Below, one piece after another: positions 50,548-60,406 of a stretch of 64,000 nt of DNA. The stretch lies in NCBI GenBank assembly GCA_963703225.1, contig OY969801.1, positions 32,001-96,000 on the forward strand. Direction: 5' to 3'. Source of the stretch: Candidatus Eiseniibacteriota bacterium. Lineage in GTDB: Bacteria > Eisenbacteria > RBG-16-71-46 > SZUA-252. The position numbers and the translations under genes were made by a program. Below the pieces are notes generated by a model. The model searched no databases. It was given only the letters and a program-made list of their open reading frames with translations, and had not been told where the DNA came from. Numbering within the stretch: the stretch's first letter is position 1; each line of letters opens with the position of its first letter.

Positions 50548-51220
50548 CGGCATCGATCGGGTGTTCCTCGGCGTGGTGCTTGATCACCCGCGCCTCGGTC
50601 ACGAAGATCGCTTCCTCCGCGACGTTCGTCGCGAGATCGGCCACTCGCTCCAAATTCCGGCTGACCAAGACCAGCTCCAGCGCCCGCGGCACGATCTCGG
50701 GATCGTGGAGCATCGCGCTGGATAGCTTGGCGTGGATCTGCGCCTTGAGCGTGTCGATTTCCACGTCCCGCTCGCAAATCTGTCGGGCGAGCAAGGTATT
50801 CCCGTTCAGCCACGCGGTGACCGCGTCGCGGAGCATCGCGATCGTCCGGTCGCCCATGCGCGACAGCTCGTCGATCGGCTTGGTCAGAGGGAGCCCGCTC
50901 AGCTTGGCGGCGCTCTGCGCGATGTTCACCGCGTGATCCCCCACCCGCTCCAGGTAGTTCGAGACGCGGATCGCGGCCACCAGGAAGCGCAGGTCGCGCG
51001 CCACCGGCTGCTGCAGCCCCAAGAAGCTGAGGCACTGGCCCTCCACCTGAAGCTCGATGCGGTCGATCGCCATGTCCTCGGCGAGGACTTCCTCGGCCAG
51101 GTTCGGGTTCCGGGTCTTGAGCGCCTCCATCGATTTGATGAGGGCGGTCTCCGCCCTTCCCGCCATCTCGCTCAGGCGGTCGTGAAGCGCTTCCAGATCG
51201 TGGTGAAAATGGCGTTCCAT
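50525..51220 (-). CDS. phoU: Phosphate signalling/transport regulator PhoU
   Basis: QQPVARDLR, LERVGDHAVNIA, LERVADLATNVAE. Confidence 0.96.
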   Translation of the reverse strand: MERHFHHDLEALHDRLSEMAGRAETALIKSMEALKTRNPNLAEEVLAEDMAIDRIELQVEGQCLSFLGLQQPVARDLRFLVAAIRVSNYLERVGDHAVNIAQSAAKLSGLPLTKPIDELSRMGDRTIAMLRDAVTAWLNGNTLLARQICERDVEIDTLKAQIHAKLSSAMLHDPEIVPRALELVLVSRNLERVADLATNVAEEAIFVTEARVIKHHAEEHPIDAASGPGSA

Positions 51221-52161
51221 TATCCGAACCTTCCGGTGATGTAGTCCTCGGTCAGCTTCTCGCGCGGCTGCGTGAACAGGAGCTGCGTCTCCCCGGCTTC
51301 CACCAGGCGCCCCGTCATGAGGAACGCCGTGCGGTCGGAGATCCGGGCAGCTTGCTGCATATTGTGGGTCACGATCGCGATCGTCACACTTGATTTGATG
51401 CTGAGAAGGAGCTCTTCGATTTTCGCGGTGGCGGTGGGGTCGAGCGCCGAGGCCGGCTCATCGAGGAGCAGGACATCAGGCTCCACGGCCAAGGCGCGGG
51501 CGATGCAGAGCCGCTGCTGCTGGCCGCCCGAGAGGCTCATGGCCGAGCGATTGAGCCGGCTCTTCACCTCGCTCCAGAGTGCGGCGCGCGACAGCGCCGA
51601 TTCCACGATCTCCTCGAGCCGCGACTTGGAGCCGATGCCGAGGAGTTTCGGTCCGTACGCGACGTTCTGGAAGATCGACATCGGGAATGGATTGGCCCGC
51701 TGAAACACCATGCCCACCCTTCGGCGCAGCTCCACCAGATCCGTTCCTGGCTGGAGCACATCGTGCCCTTGGTAGAGCGCCTGGCCCCCGTAGCGCACCG
51801 GCGGGAAGAGGTCGTTCATCCGGTTGAAGCATCGGAGGAGGGTCGACTTGCCGCAGCCCGACGGCCCGATGATCGCGGTGATCTCGTGCTGGTGGATCGC
51901 GATGTCGATCGATTGAAGCGTTTGGTGGGCGCCGTACCAGAGGGAGAGGCCCCTCGCTTCCAGGACGGGTGTGCGCTCCTGGGATTCCACCTGGTCTGGA
52001 GCCGATGGCTCCCCTTCGCCCGTCCCCGGCACGGTGAGGGGCCGGACTTGGAACTTCGGCGTGGAGAAGCGCTGTTCGGCGTGCGCGTCCATTTCCTCGG
52101 TCACCGGCGCGTTCGGCGGCAGGGTGGCTGTGTCGCTATTGGGCTCGTTCGGGTCCTGCAT
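51220..52161 (-). CDS. pstB: Phosphate ABC transporter ATP-binding protein
   Basis: [49 protein letters not shown]. Confidence 0.97.
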   Translation of the reverse strand: MQDPNEPNSDTATLPPNAPVTEEMDAHAEQRFSTPKFQVRPLTVPGTGEGEPSAPDQVESQERTPVLEARGLSLWYGAHQTLQSIDIAIHQHEITAIIGPSGCGKSTLLRCFNRMNDLFPPVRYGGQALYQGHDVLQPGTDLVELRRRVGMVFQRANPFPMSIFQNVAYGPKLLGIGSKSRLEEIVESALSRAALWSEVKSRLNRSAMSLSGGQQQRLCIARALAVEPDVLLLDEPASALDPTATAKIEELLLSIKSSVTIAIVTHNMQQAARISDRTAFLMTGRLVEAGETQLLFTQPREKLTEDYITGRFG

Positions 52162-52220
52162 GCTGGGCTCCCCCTCCCCAGAAGACTAATTCGCCTTCCA
52201 GTCTCAGGCAATGGCGCCGA

Positions 52221-52238
52221 TATGACAATCCCGTTACG
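52221..52238 (-). promoter_or_regulatory. Pho-box-like pair upstream of pstB, overlapping the phoR stop codon
   Basis: Minus strand CGTAACG-GGAT-TGTCATA (11-bp period). Confidence 0.65.
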
Positions 52239-53613
52239 AGCGCAGGTGGGGGCCATCGGGCAAGACCTCGAACCAGAAACTGCTGCCTTCCCCCACCCTG
52301 CTGTCGACACCGACATGGCCCCCGTGGAGCTGAATCGCGTGTTTGACGATCGAGAGGCCGAGCCCGGTTCCGCCCAGCGCCCGGGACCGGCCCTGCTCCA
52401 CGCGGTAGAAGCGCTCGAAGAGGCGGGGCAGATGCTCCGGCTCGATGCCACGTCCGGTGTCGGACACGCTCACCCGGATGGCCGATGAAGTCCGCTCCAC
52501 CCGGGCCGAGACCACGCCCGCGTCGGTGTACTTGATCGCGTTGTCGAGCAGATTGCGGAGCGCGAGCTCGATCCGCTTCCGGTCGACCCGAGCCCTCACC
52601 CCGGGACGGGCGTCCACCTCGAGCCTGAGTCCGCGGCGCGTCGCCAAGTCCTCGAACGATGCGGCGAGGTCGCGGACGATGGCGGATACGTCCCAATCCT
52701 TGACTTCGAGGGCCGCGTCGGGGCGCTCGAGATCGGCCAGCTGGAGAAGATCCTCGACCAGCGCCTCGAGCCGCTCGGCCTGGACGCGGATCGTCTCCAC
52801 AAACCGGTCCCGATTGGCTTCGTCCTCGAGCCCGCCATGAAGCAGCGTCTCGGCATATCCGCGAATCGAGGTGAGTGGGGTCTTCAGCTCGTGCGACGCG
52901 TTGGCGACGAATTCCCGACGCAGGTTCGCCATCTTCCGTTCCGGCCTCAGGTCTTCGATCGAGAGGAGCCAGGCCTCGGGGCGGCTCTGCCCCCGGACGG
53001 GGACGATCGAGACCTCGTACTCATTTCGCTCTTCTACATAAATGGATATCTCTCGGATTAGGCTCGCGCCCGTTTGGATCGCCTCCTCGGCGATCTCTTC
53101 CAGAATCGGCTGCCTGGCCGCGGCGAGCCGCGGTCGGTCCGCGGGAGGCGCCACGCCGACGATCGCCCAAAAGCGGGGATTCGCGTGGTCGATGGTGAGG
53201 TCGCTCGAAAGGAGGGCGATGCCCTGGCGCAGGTTGGCGAGCACGGCACCGCTGGCGTCCCGCTCGCGCCGGAGCGCATCGAGCTGATCCTCGAACCGCG
53301 CGGCCACGGCGTTGAGGCCTCGGCCGAATGCGGCAATCTCATCGTGGGCGTCGACGGCGACGCGGACGCCAGGCAGCCCTTGGCCGAGCGCCTCGGCCGA
53401 CGCGCGGAGTAGCTCCAGCCGCTGGTCGACCCGGCGGATCACGATGTAGGTGCCCACGGCGATCGGCAGGAGGAGCGCGCCGAGGAGGATCCAGATTTGG
53501 ACGTCGAATCCCGGCGTCCGGCGCTCCAAAACGAGGCCCGCCAAGAGGAGCGACACGCCGACCAAGGCGAGGATGGAGCCGAAGACCCGGCCCGCGATCG
53601 AGGTCACGGCCAT
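52234..53613 (-). CDS. phoR: Sensor histidine kinase PhoR
   Basis: Two TM, HAMP, PAS-like region, FVANASHELKTPLTSIRGY, NLLDNAIKY, FERFYRV, GGTGLGL. Confidence 0.92.
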   Translation of the reverse strand: MAVTSIAGRVFGSILALVGVSLLLAGLVLERRTPGFDVQIWILLGALLLPIAVGTYIVIRRVDQRLELLRASAEALGQGLPGVRVAVDAHDEIAAFGRGLNAVAARFEDQLDALRRERDASGAVLANLRQGIALLSSDLTIDHANPRFWAIVGVAPPADRPRLAAARQPILEEIAEEAIQTGASLIREISIYVEERNEYEVSIVPVRGQSRPEAWLLSIEDLRPERKMANLRREFVANASHELKTPLTSIRGYAETLLHGGLEDEANRDRFVETIRVQAERLEALVEDLLQLADLERPDAALEVKDWDVSAIVRDLAASFEDLATRRGLRLEVDARPGVRARVDRKRIELALRNLLDNAIKYTDAGVVSARVERTSSAIRVSVSDTGRGIEPEHLPRLFERFYRVEQGRSRALGGTGLGLSIVKHAIQLHGGHVGVDSRVGEGSSFWFEVLPDGPHLRS

Positions 53614-53662
53614 ACACTACCACCAATGACCCGAGCCAGCCCGCGGGGCTCGAGTCGCCGCT

Positions 53663-54418
53663 TCAGGCCTTGGGAACCTCTGCGGAGTATCCGACCCCGG
53701 TCACCGTCCGGATCATCTTGGAGTCCTTGCCGAGCTTGGATCGGAGCCGGCGGACATGCACATCGACGGTTCGGGTTTCGCCGAAGTAGCCCATTCCCCA
53801 GACCTTGTCCAGGAGCTGCTCGCGCGAGAAGACGCGGCCAGGCCGCTGGAGGAGGTATTCGAGAAGCCGGAACTCGGTCGGCGTGAGGTGGATTTCGTGG
53901 CCGCGGAGGCGCACTTCGTGCCGCTCCCGGTCGAGTTGGAAGGGGCCGATTTGGGTGGGCGCCGTCGCCTCTTCGCCGCGTGTCCGCCGCAAGATCGCGC
54001 CGACCCGCGCCACCAATTCTTTCGGCGAGAAGGGCTTGGTCAGGTAGTCGTCGGCCCCCCGCTCGAACCCGACCAGCTTGTCCATCTCGGTGCCGCGCGC
54101 CGTGAGGATGAGCACCGGCACCGTCCGGGTTCTCGGCTCAGCCCGGATCGACTGGAGTACTTCGAGTCCGCTCAGCTGGGGCAGTAGAAGGTCCAGGATC
54201 AGGAGGTCGGGTGGGGACTTGAAGACCCGCTCGAGCCCCGACGCGCCGTCCCGCTCGGTGAGCACGCGGTAGCCCTCGCGCGCGAGGTTGTAGCTCACGA
54301 GCTCGCAAATCTCTGGTTCGTCGTCCACGACGAGGATGGTGGACCGCGCCGTCTTGGGCACCTTGGGGCCTAACGATACGCTGCGGCGCACTGGCTTGGC
54401 GAGTTCCGTCGACTCCAT
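53663..54418 (-). CDS. phoB: OmpR/PhoB family response regulator
   Basis: ILVVDDE, LILDLLLP, GADDYLTKPF, LTPTEFRLL, TRTVDVHVRRLRSKL; pst context. Confidence 0.92.
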   Translation of the reverse strand: MESTELAKPVRRSVSLGPKVPKTARSTILVVDDEPEICELVSYNLAREGYRVLTERDGASGLERVFKSPPDLLILDLLLPQLSGLEVLQSIRAEPRTRTVPVLILTARGTEMDKLVGFERGADDYLTKPFSPKELVARVGAILRRTRGEEATAPTQIGPFQLDRERHEVRLRGHEIHLTPTEFRLLEYLLQRPGRVFSREQLLDKVWGMGYFGETRTVDVHVRRLRSKLGKDSKMIRTVTGVGYSAEVPKA

Positions 54419-54440
54419 GGGCTCGAGGGTCCCCCCGGCC

Positions 54441-54480
54441 GGTTACCGGATCGCGTCAACGGCGTTTCAACCTCGTTACG
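54441..54480 (-). promoter_or_regulatory. Four Pho-box-like repeats upstream of phoB (possible autoregulation)
   Basis: Minus strand CGTAACG-aggt-TGAAACG-ccgt-TGACGCG-atcc-GGTAACC. Confidence 0.65.
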
Positions 54481-54517
54481 AATGCGCCGCCTACCCCGTC
54501 CATATCCGTTTGCGCCA

Positions 54518-54546
54518 TTGACTTCGTGGCATCCCTTCGGTAGCCT
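54518..54546 (+). promoter_or_regulatory. Sigma70-type promoter of secDF
   Basis: TTGACT-N17-TAGCCT. Confidence 0.6.
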
Positions 54547-54596
54547 CCCACGTCTCTGTCCGGATCGTTGCGAGCGCCAGGGCTTCGAGGAACACG

Positions 54597-56219
54597 GTGA
54601 CCCAGAGCGATCAGAGAAAGTTATTCGGGACATTAATCGGCTTGGCCGTTTGCGTTTACACGCTCTGGCCGACCTTCCGTTTCTACGCCATGAGCCCCGC
54701 GCAGCGCCAAGAGGTGCTGCAGGCGCGCCCCGCCGCGGCGACCAACGAGGTCGAGCGGGCCCGCCTCGCGAAGCTCGCGGAGCTTCGCGAAAAGGCCATC
54801 AAGCTCGGATTGGACCTCCAGGGGGGGATGTACCTGCTCCTCGAGGTCGACAAGTCCAAGCTCGGACCCGCGGAAGCCAAGAACGCGGTCGACCAGGCGA
54901 TGCAGATCATCCGCAACCGAATCGACCAGTTCGGCGTCGCGGAGCCCTCGATCCAGAAGCAAGGGGACAATCGGATCCTCATCCAGCTCCCGGGCCTCCT
55001 CGACCAGGAGCGGGCCAAGGAGCTGATCGGCCAGACCGCGCTCCTCGAGTTCAAGCTCGTCAAGACCGATGAGGAGACCCGCGCCCTGTTCGACCGGCTC
55101 GACGGCTATCTCGCCCGCAAGCGGTTCGGCTCGATCCCCGATTCCACCGCGGCCGACTCGCTCCGCCATCCGCTCACCAGCCACTTCCTCTTCGTGGGGC
55201 AGACCTCGGAGAGCTTCGCGCTGACCTCGGAGGTCGCGGCGATCGACTCGATGCTGTCCTTGGTGCGCGGCGACTCGACGTTCGTGTTCGACGCTTCCCT
55301 GGCGTGGGATGCGCACAGTACCGAGATGCAGGGCCGGACCGGACGCGTGCTCTACGTGTTGAGCCGGGAGCCGCTCATGAGGGGCTCCGAGGTGGCCAGC
55401 GCGCAGATGCGGCTCGACCTGGATCAGGAGCGCCCCGGCGCTCCCGGCGTCTCCTTTACGCTGACCGGCCGCGGGGGGGCGATCTTCGCCGATATCACCG
55501 GCGCCAACGTGGGCCGCCGCCTCGCCATCGTCCTCGACAATCGCATCCAGTCGGCCCCGAACATCCACGAGCGAATTCCGCGGGGCCAGGGCTCGATCAC
55601 CGGGTCCTTCACCGAGGACGAAGCCCAAAACCTCGCGATCGTTCTCCGTTCGGGCGCCCTCCCGGCTCCGGTCAACGTCGTCGAGGAGCGCACCGTGGGA
55701 CCGTCGCTCGGCCAGGATTCGATCGACAAGGGGCTCCGCGCGGGGGCAATCGGGATGCTCCTTGTCGTCGTCTTCATGATCATCTACTACCGGCTCTCGG
55801 GGGTGGTCGCGGTGGTCACCCTGGTCTTGAACATGATCGGCCTGTTCGCGGCCATGGCGGGTTTCCACGCCACGCTCACGCTTCCGGGCATCGCGGGAAT
55901 CGTGCTTACGGTCGGGATGGCCGTGGACGCCAATGTCCTCATTTTCGAGCGGATCCGCGAGGAGCTTCGCAACAAGAGGACGGTGCTCGCGGCGATCGAT
56001 ACCGGCTACGCGCGCGCGTTTCGGACCATCGTCGACGCGCACGTCACGACGCTGCTGTCGGCCCTGGCGCTCATGTGGTTTGGCACCGGCCCGGTTCGCG
56101 GGTTCGCGGTCACGCTCTCGATCGGTCTCATCATCAACATGGTCACCGCTGTCGGCGTGTCCAAGATGATCTTCGACGCCTGGTCGCTGCGTCGGAAGGT
56201 CAGCACGATCAGCATTTAG
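54597..56219 (+). CDS. secD: Protein translocase subunit SecD
   Basis: KLGLDLQGG, RIDQFGVAEP, LRSGALPAP, GPSLGQDSI, GMAVDANVLIFERIRE. Confidence 0.98.
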   Translation: MTQSDQRKLFGTLIGLAVCVYTLWPTFRFYAMSPAQRQEVLQARPAAATNEVERARLAKLAELREKAIKLGLDLQGGMYLLLEVDKSKLGPAEAKNAVDQAMQIIRNRIDQFGVAEPSIQKQGDNRILIQLPGLLDQERAKELIGQTALLEFKLVKTDEETRALFDRLDGYLARKRFGSIPDSTAADSLRHPLTSHFLFVGQTSESFALTSEVAAIDSMLSLVRGDSTFVFDASLAWDAHSTEMQGRTGRVLYVLSREPLMRGSEVASAQMRLDLDQERPGAPGVSFTLTGRGGAIFADITGANVGRRLAIVLDNRIQSAPNIHERIPRGQGSITGSFTEDEAQNLAIVLRSGALPAPVNVVEERTVGPSLGQDSIDKGLRAGAIGMLLVVVFMIIYYRLSGVVAVVTLVLNMIGLFAAMAGFHATLTLPGIAGIVLTVGMAVDANVLIFERIREELRNKRTVLAAIDTGYARAFRTIVDAHVTTLLSALALMWFGTGPVRGFAVTLSIGLIINMVTAVGVSKMIFDAWSLRRKVSTISI

Positions 56220-56229
56220 AGAGGATCCC

Positions 56230-57159
56230 GTGCTTCAGCTTCTGCATGGAGTCAATGTCGATTGGATGCGGCGGCGGTACATCGCCTATTCGTTTTCCGG
56301 GCTTTGCGTGCTTGTTTCGATCGTCTCGTTAATCGCCCACGGCGGGCCGCGGTACGGCGTCGATTTCACGGGCGGCACGCTGCTCGAGATTCGGCTCACC
56401 CCGGCGCCCGACGTCCAGGCCGTGCGCGAGGCCGTGGACAAGGCAGGGTTCGTCGGGAGCGAGATCCAGAAGCTGGACAAGCCGGGGCAGTTCCTGATCC
56501 GGCTCTCGGCGCACGAAGGCGCAGCCAAAGAAGGATCGAAGCACGCCGTCCCCGCCATCCGCGATGCGATTCTGGCGGCGCACTCCGGTACCACATTCGA
56601 GTTGTTGCGGGTCGAGTCCGTCGGACCGCGGGTCGGGGGAGAGCTCCGCGGGGCGGCCATCAAAGCGATCTTCTTAGCGCTTGGGTTGATCATGATCTAC
56701 GTCGCGATCCGATACGACTGGCGCTACTCGCTCGGCGCGGTCGCGGCGCTCTTTCATGACGTGTTCATCACGCTCGGTGCGCTGTCCATCACGAACCGCG
56801 AGATCACGCTGACGGTTGTCGCGGCACTTCTCACGATCGCGGGGTATTCGATCGCCGATACGATCGTCGTCTTCGACCGGATCCGGGAACGGAAGCAAAC
56901 GCTTCGACGCGAGGCCCCCGAAAAGGTCATGAACATGGCGGTCAACGAGACGCTGAGCCGAACGATCATCACCTCCTTCACCGTTTTTCTCACGGTACTC
57001 TCCCTCTTCGTGCTCGGCGGCGAGGTGATCCACGATTTCTCTTTCGCGATGCTCGTCGGCGTCGTGTTCGGGACCTACTCCTCGGTCTACGTGGCGAGCG
57101 CACTCGCGCTCGATACCCAGCTCTACTTGGAGCGCAAGGGGCCACAGCGCAAGAAGTAG
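56230..57159 (+). CDS. secF: Protein translocase subunit SecF
   Basis: GVDFTGG, VGPRVG, HDV, GYSIADTIVVFDRIRE, TLSRT, GTYSS. Confidence 0.98.
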   Translation: MLQLLHGVNVDWMRRRYIAYSFSGLCVLVSIVSLIAHGGPRYGVDFTGGTLLEIRLTPAPDVQAVREAVDKAGFVGSEIQKLDKPGQFLIRLSAHEGAAKEGSKHAVPAIRDAILAAHSGTTFELLRVESVGPRVGGELRGAAIKAIFLALGLIMIYVAIRYDWRYSLGAVAALFHDVFITLGALSITNREITLTVVAALLTIAGYSIADTIVVFDRIRERKQTLRREAPEKVMNMAVNETLSRTIITSFTVFLTVLSLFVLGGEVIHDFSFAMLVGVVFGTYSSVYVASALALDTQLYLERKGPQRKK

Positions 57160-57230
57160 CACCGCGACGCCGGATTAAGGGGCGCCCGGATGGCTCCGCG
57201 GTGCCGGCGCGCGGGGCGGGAGGTAGAATC

Positions 57231-57728
57231 GTGCGCACCGTGCGAAAGACGACCCTGACGATTTGGAGCCTTGTCGCCATCGGATTCGCCGGGCTCTGCA
57301 TCGCGTCGGCGTCCGCCGACCCTGTGGCCGAGCCGACTCCCTCCGCCGCGACGGCGCAGGGCGAGGACTCGGCGGTCCGTCTCTTCGCCGCCCTCGAGGA
57401 AGCCTGGGCCGCGTCGAGCGCGGAGCGGCTGGCCTCGCTCGTCGATACGACCGTGGTACGAATCGCCCTGAAGCCGGGTACGCCGCCCACCTCCGCGGTC
57501 ACGCGAGGCGCCGCCGCGTTTCTGTTTCAAGACCAGCTCCGGCTCGTCTCCACGCAATCGTTCCGCGTGATCAAGATCGAGGTGGACAAGAAGGGCAAGG
57601 CGCGCGCCGAGGCGGAGTGGTCGGGGGATTGGGGTGGCCGGCAGGGGACGCGCGACGTGAAGGTCTCCCTCGCCGCGGCGATTTCCGGGAACCGCTGGCT
57701 CCTCACCGAGGTTCGTTCGAACGACTGA
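57231..57728 (+). CDS. Exported hypothetical protein (NTF2-like, loosely DUF4783-like)
   Basis: Signal peptide ASA-DP; C-terminal RWLLTEVR. Confidence 0.6.
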   Translation: MRTVRKTTLTIWSLVAIGFAGLCIASASADPVAEPTPSAATAQGEDSAVRLFAALEEAWAASSAERLASLVDTTVVRIALKPGTPPTSAVTRGAAAFLFQDQLRLVSTQSFRVIKIEVDKKGKARAEAEWSGDWGGRQGTRDVKVSLAAAISGNRWLLTEVRSND

Positions 57729-57756
57729 TCCCGCCCCGTCTCCCCGAGAGCCCAGA

Positions 57757-58629
57757 GTGCCCGATCCCAGAGCCGACCATCTGATCGCCGACGTTCTGTA
57801 CGCCTCGGACCTCCACGGCCACGAGGGTCTCTATCTCGAATTCTTCGAGACGGCGTGGCGCCTGCGCGCGCGCGCCGCGATCCTGGGCGGCGATCTCGCG
57901 CCGCACGCGGACGTCGCCGCGCAGCGAAAGTTCTACGCGGAATTTCTCGTGCCGCTCGTGCGCGAGTATCTGGGAAAGCCGGGCTCGGCCGATCTCTACT
58001 ACATCGCGGGAAACGACGACTGGAAGGCCTCCCTGACGGTGGTCGAAGAGGCCGGGATCGGGCGGCTCCACCACATCCACGGCCGCACGGTTCCCTTCCT
58101 CGAAGGAATTTCGATCGCCGGGCTCGCGTCGGTTCCGATCACACCCTTCCCGATGAAGGACTGGGATCGATGGGAGGAGGGCCTCGCCGCCGCGGCCCGC
58201 ATGGAGGGATTCCGGAGCGAGCCCGAGGGCGGACTCCGGGCGTTCACGTTCAAAGGGCGGGAGCGGCAGGAATCGCTGGCCGCCGAAATCGAGGCGATCG
58301 AGCGTGAATTACCCCCCGAGGGAACACCCTTGATCTGTGTCTTTCACAGCCCGCCGTACGGCACCGCGCTCGACCAGATCGCGCGCGGCGTCCATGTGGG
58401 TTCGCGCGAGACCCGGAAATTCTTGGAGCGCAGGCACCCGCTCCTGGGGCTACACGGTCACATCCACGAATCTCCCACGGTCTCGGGAATGTTCGCCGAC
58501 CGGGTGGGTCCGACGATCTGCATCAACGCGGGTCAGCGGATGGGGAGCGCGCTCCACGCCGTCTGGTTCTCGCTCGACGACGTGCCGGGGACGCTGACCC
58601 ATTCCCTCATGGGGAAGGCTACGCTCTAG
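57757..58629 (+). CDS. Calcineurin-like (Icc-related) metallophosphoesterase
   Basis: SDLHG, GGDL, GNDD, HSPPY, HVGS, LHGHIHE. Confidence 0.9.
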   Translation: MPDPRADHLIADVLYASDLHGHEGLYLEFFETAWRLRARAAILGGDLAPHADVAAQRKFYAEFLVPLVREYLGKPGSADLYYIAGNDDWKASLTVVEEAGIGRLHHIHGRTVPFLEGISIAGLASVPITPFPMKDWDRWEEGLAAAARMEGFRSEPEGGLRAFTFKGRERQESLAAEIEAIERELPPEGTPLICVFHSPPYGTALDQIARGVHVGSRETRKFLERRHPLLGLHGHIHESPTVSGMFADRVGPTICINAGQRMGSALHAVWFSLDDVPGTLTHSLMGKATL

Positions 58630-60250
58630 CGACGGCCTCGTTCGGGGTGCCGCCAGGCGGCTGCGTTCGCGCCGGCTGGTGCCTCTCCCACCACTCTCGT
58701 GCCCTCTCCTCGTCCCAGGCGTCCGCGCCATCCACTTCGGCGAGGCGGCGCGACAGCTCCTTGGCCGTTTGCGGCCGCTCGTTCGGATCCTTGGCCAGGC
58801 AGGAGAGCACGAGGCGATCCAGTGCTTCCGGGATCTTGATCTCCGAGCGCGCGGACGGAGGGGTGGGTGGCGTCTTCGCGTGGTGCATGAGGAGCCCCAT
58901 GGAGGTCTCCGCGGTGAAGACGAGCTGTCCCGTCAAGAGCCAGTAGGCCACGCAGCCCGTGGCGTAGATGTCCGCACGCCCGTCGAGGACGGTGGCCCCC
59001 ATCGCTTGCTCCGGCGCGATGAACGCTGGCGTGCCGTGGATCGCGTTCTTTTGGGTGAGCGCCACTCCCGTCTCCACGGTTTCGCCGAGCGCCTTGACCA
59101 ACCCGAAATCCAGGACCTTCACGAAGTCATGCTCTTCGCCGTAGCGGCAGAGGTAGATGTTCGCGGGCTTGATGTCGCGGTGGACCAGCCCGAGCGATTC
59201 CGCCTCGGAGAGGGAGTGACACATCTGACGCAGGAGATAGATGGCCCGGCCGGCGGGCACCGGCCCGAACCGCCGCACGAGCGTGTCGGCGTCGAGGCCC
59301 TCGAGCAGCTCCATCACGTAGTAAAAGGTCCCGCTCTGGTCGACGCCGAAATCGAAGAGCTCCACGGTGTGGGGCGAACGAAGGCTTGCGATGGTCTGGG
59401 CCTCGCGCTCGAACCGGCGCTGTACTTCGCTTGAAGCGGCCGCGTCCGCACCTCCCGTGAGCGACCGTCGGATCAGCTTGATCGCCGCGGGCCTGGCCAG
59501 CATGCGGTGCCGGGCGCGCCAGACCTCACCCATGCCGCCCTCGCCGAGCCGCTCCTCCAGTCGATAGCTACCCAGCTCCCGCGCCGCGGCCACTTCTCGC
59601 CCCAGCCCGTAAATGACCCGCGCGCCCATGTAGGCGAAGACGATCGCGAAGGTCGAGCTGACGATCGCGGCCGAGTACGAGTCCGGTTTGGTCTCCACCT
59701 TGCCCCATAGGTCCAGGAACAGAAGCCCGAGCGGCGCCGCCGCGCCCGCCGCGATTGCGGTTGCCAGCATGCGGCGCGGGGGTCCGGGCAGGATCAGCGG
59801 GAAGAAGATCACGATCGCGGGGACCCACGTCAGGTTGGGAATCGCGTGGTAGCTGCGGTAGTACTGCCAGTAGGTCGCGATCGCGATGATGAAGCATATG
59901 GCCACTTCGTACACGAGCCCGAGATTGACGAGACGGTTGGCGGGGAAGCGTCGGTTTCCCGCCGACCACCACAGGGCCACCGAGGCGAGCACGGCGCTCA
60001 AGTTGAGCCACTGAAACCTCCTGGCCGCGAAGATGACGTCGTCCGGCAACTTGCGCCCGGTAAGCGTCGCCGCGATCAAGGCGACGTACAAGAGGACGAG
60101 ATCGAGCGCGAACGCGGCGAAGAGGAGCGTCGTCAGAAGTCGCACGCGTCCCCGAACCTGGTCCAGAAGGTCGGGGGGAAGGATCGACGAGGCCCGACGC
60201 GAGTCGGGGGAGGGTGCGTCCGGGCGGACCAGGGTGGCGTGTTGGCGCAT
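58619..60250 (-). CDS. Membrane-bound Hanks-type Ser/Thr protein kinase
   Basis: Several N-terminal TM segments; LGEGGMGEV, AAIK, HRDIKPAN, DFG, GTPAFIAPE. Confidence 0.95.
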   Translation of the reverse strand: MRQHATLVRPDAPSPDSRRASSILPPDLLDQVRGRVRLLTTLLFAAFALDLVLLYVALIAATLTGRKLPDDVIFAARRFQWLNLSAVLASVALWWSAGNRRFPANRLVNLGLVYEVAICFIIAIATYWQYYRSYHAIPNLTWVPAIVIFFPLILPGPPRRMLATAIAAGAAAPLGLLFLDLWGKVETKPDSYSAAIVSSTFAIVFAYMGARVIYGLGREVAAARELGSYRLEERLGEGGMGEVWRARHRMLARPAAIKLIRRSLTGGADAAASSEVQRRFEREAQTIASLRSPHTVELFDFGVDQSGTFYYVMELLEGLDADTLVRRFGPVPAGRAIYLLRQMCHSLSEAESLGLVHRDIKPANIYLCRYGEEHDFVKVLDFGLVKALGETVETGVALTQKNAIHGTPAFIAPEQAMGATVLDGRADIYATGCVAYWLLTGQLVFTAETSMGLLMHHAKTPPTPPSARSEIKIPEALDRLVLSCLAKDPNERPQTAKELSRRLAEVDGADAWDEERAREWWERHQPARTQPPGGTPNEAVARA

Positions 60251-60406
60251 GTCGACCCATTCTGCACGACACGCTGAAGGTCCGGAACCTCGTATCCGCG
60301 CCGATAGTTATGCGTGTGAGGAGGCTGCCGGTCCCGCGCCCCCTCTGATATCCTTGATAGGAGTTTCGTCCCGCCCTCCACGCCGGACCACTCCAGGGAG
60401 CCTCGA

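Noticed and set aside
37640..54500. Pho island as a mobile element
   Set aside because: No integrase, transposase, tRNA or flanking direct repeats seen; composition is similar to the core
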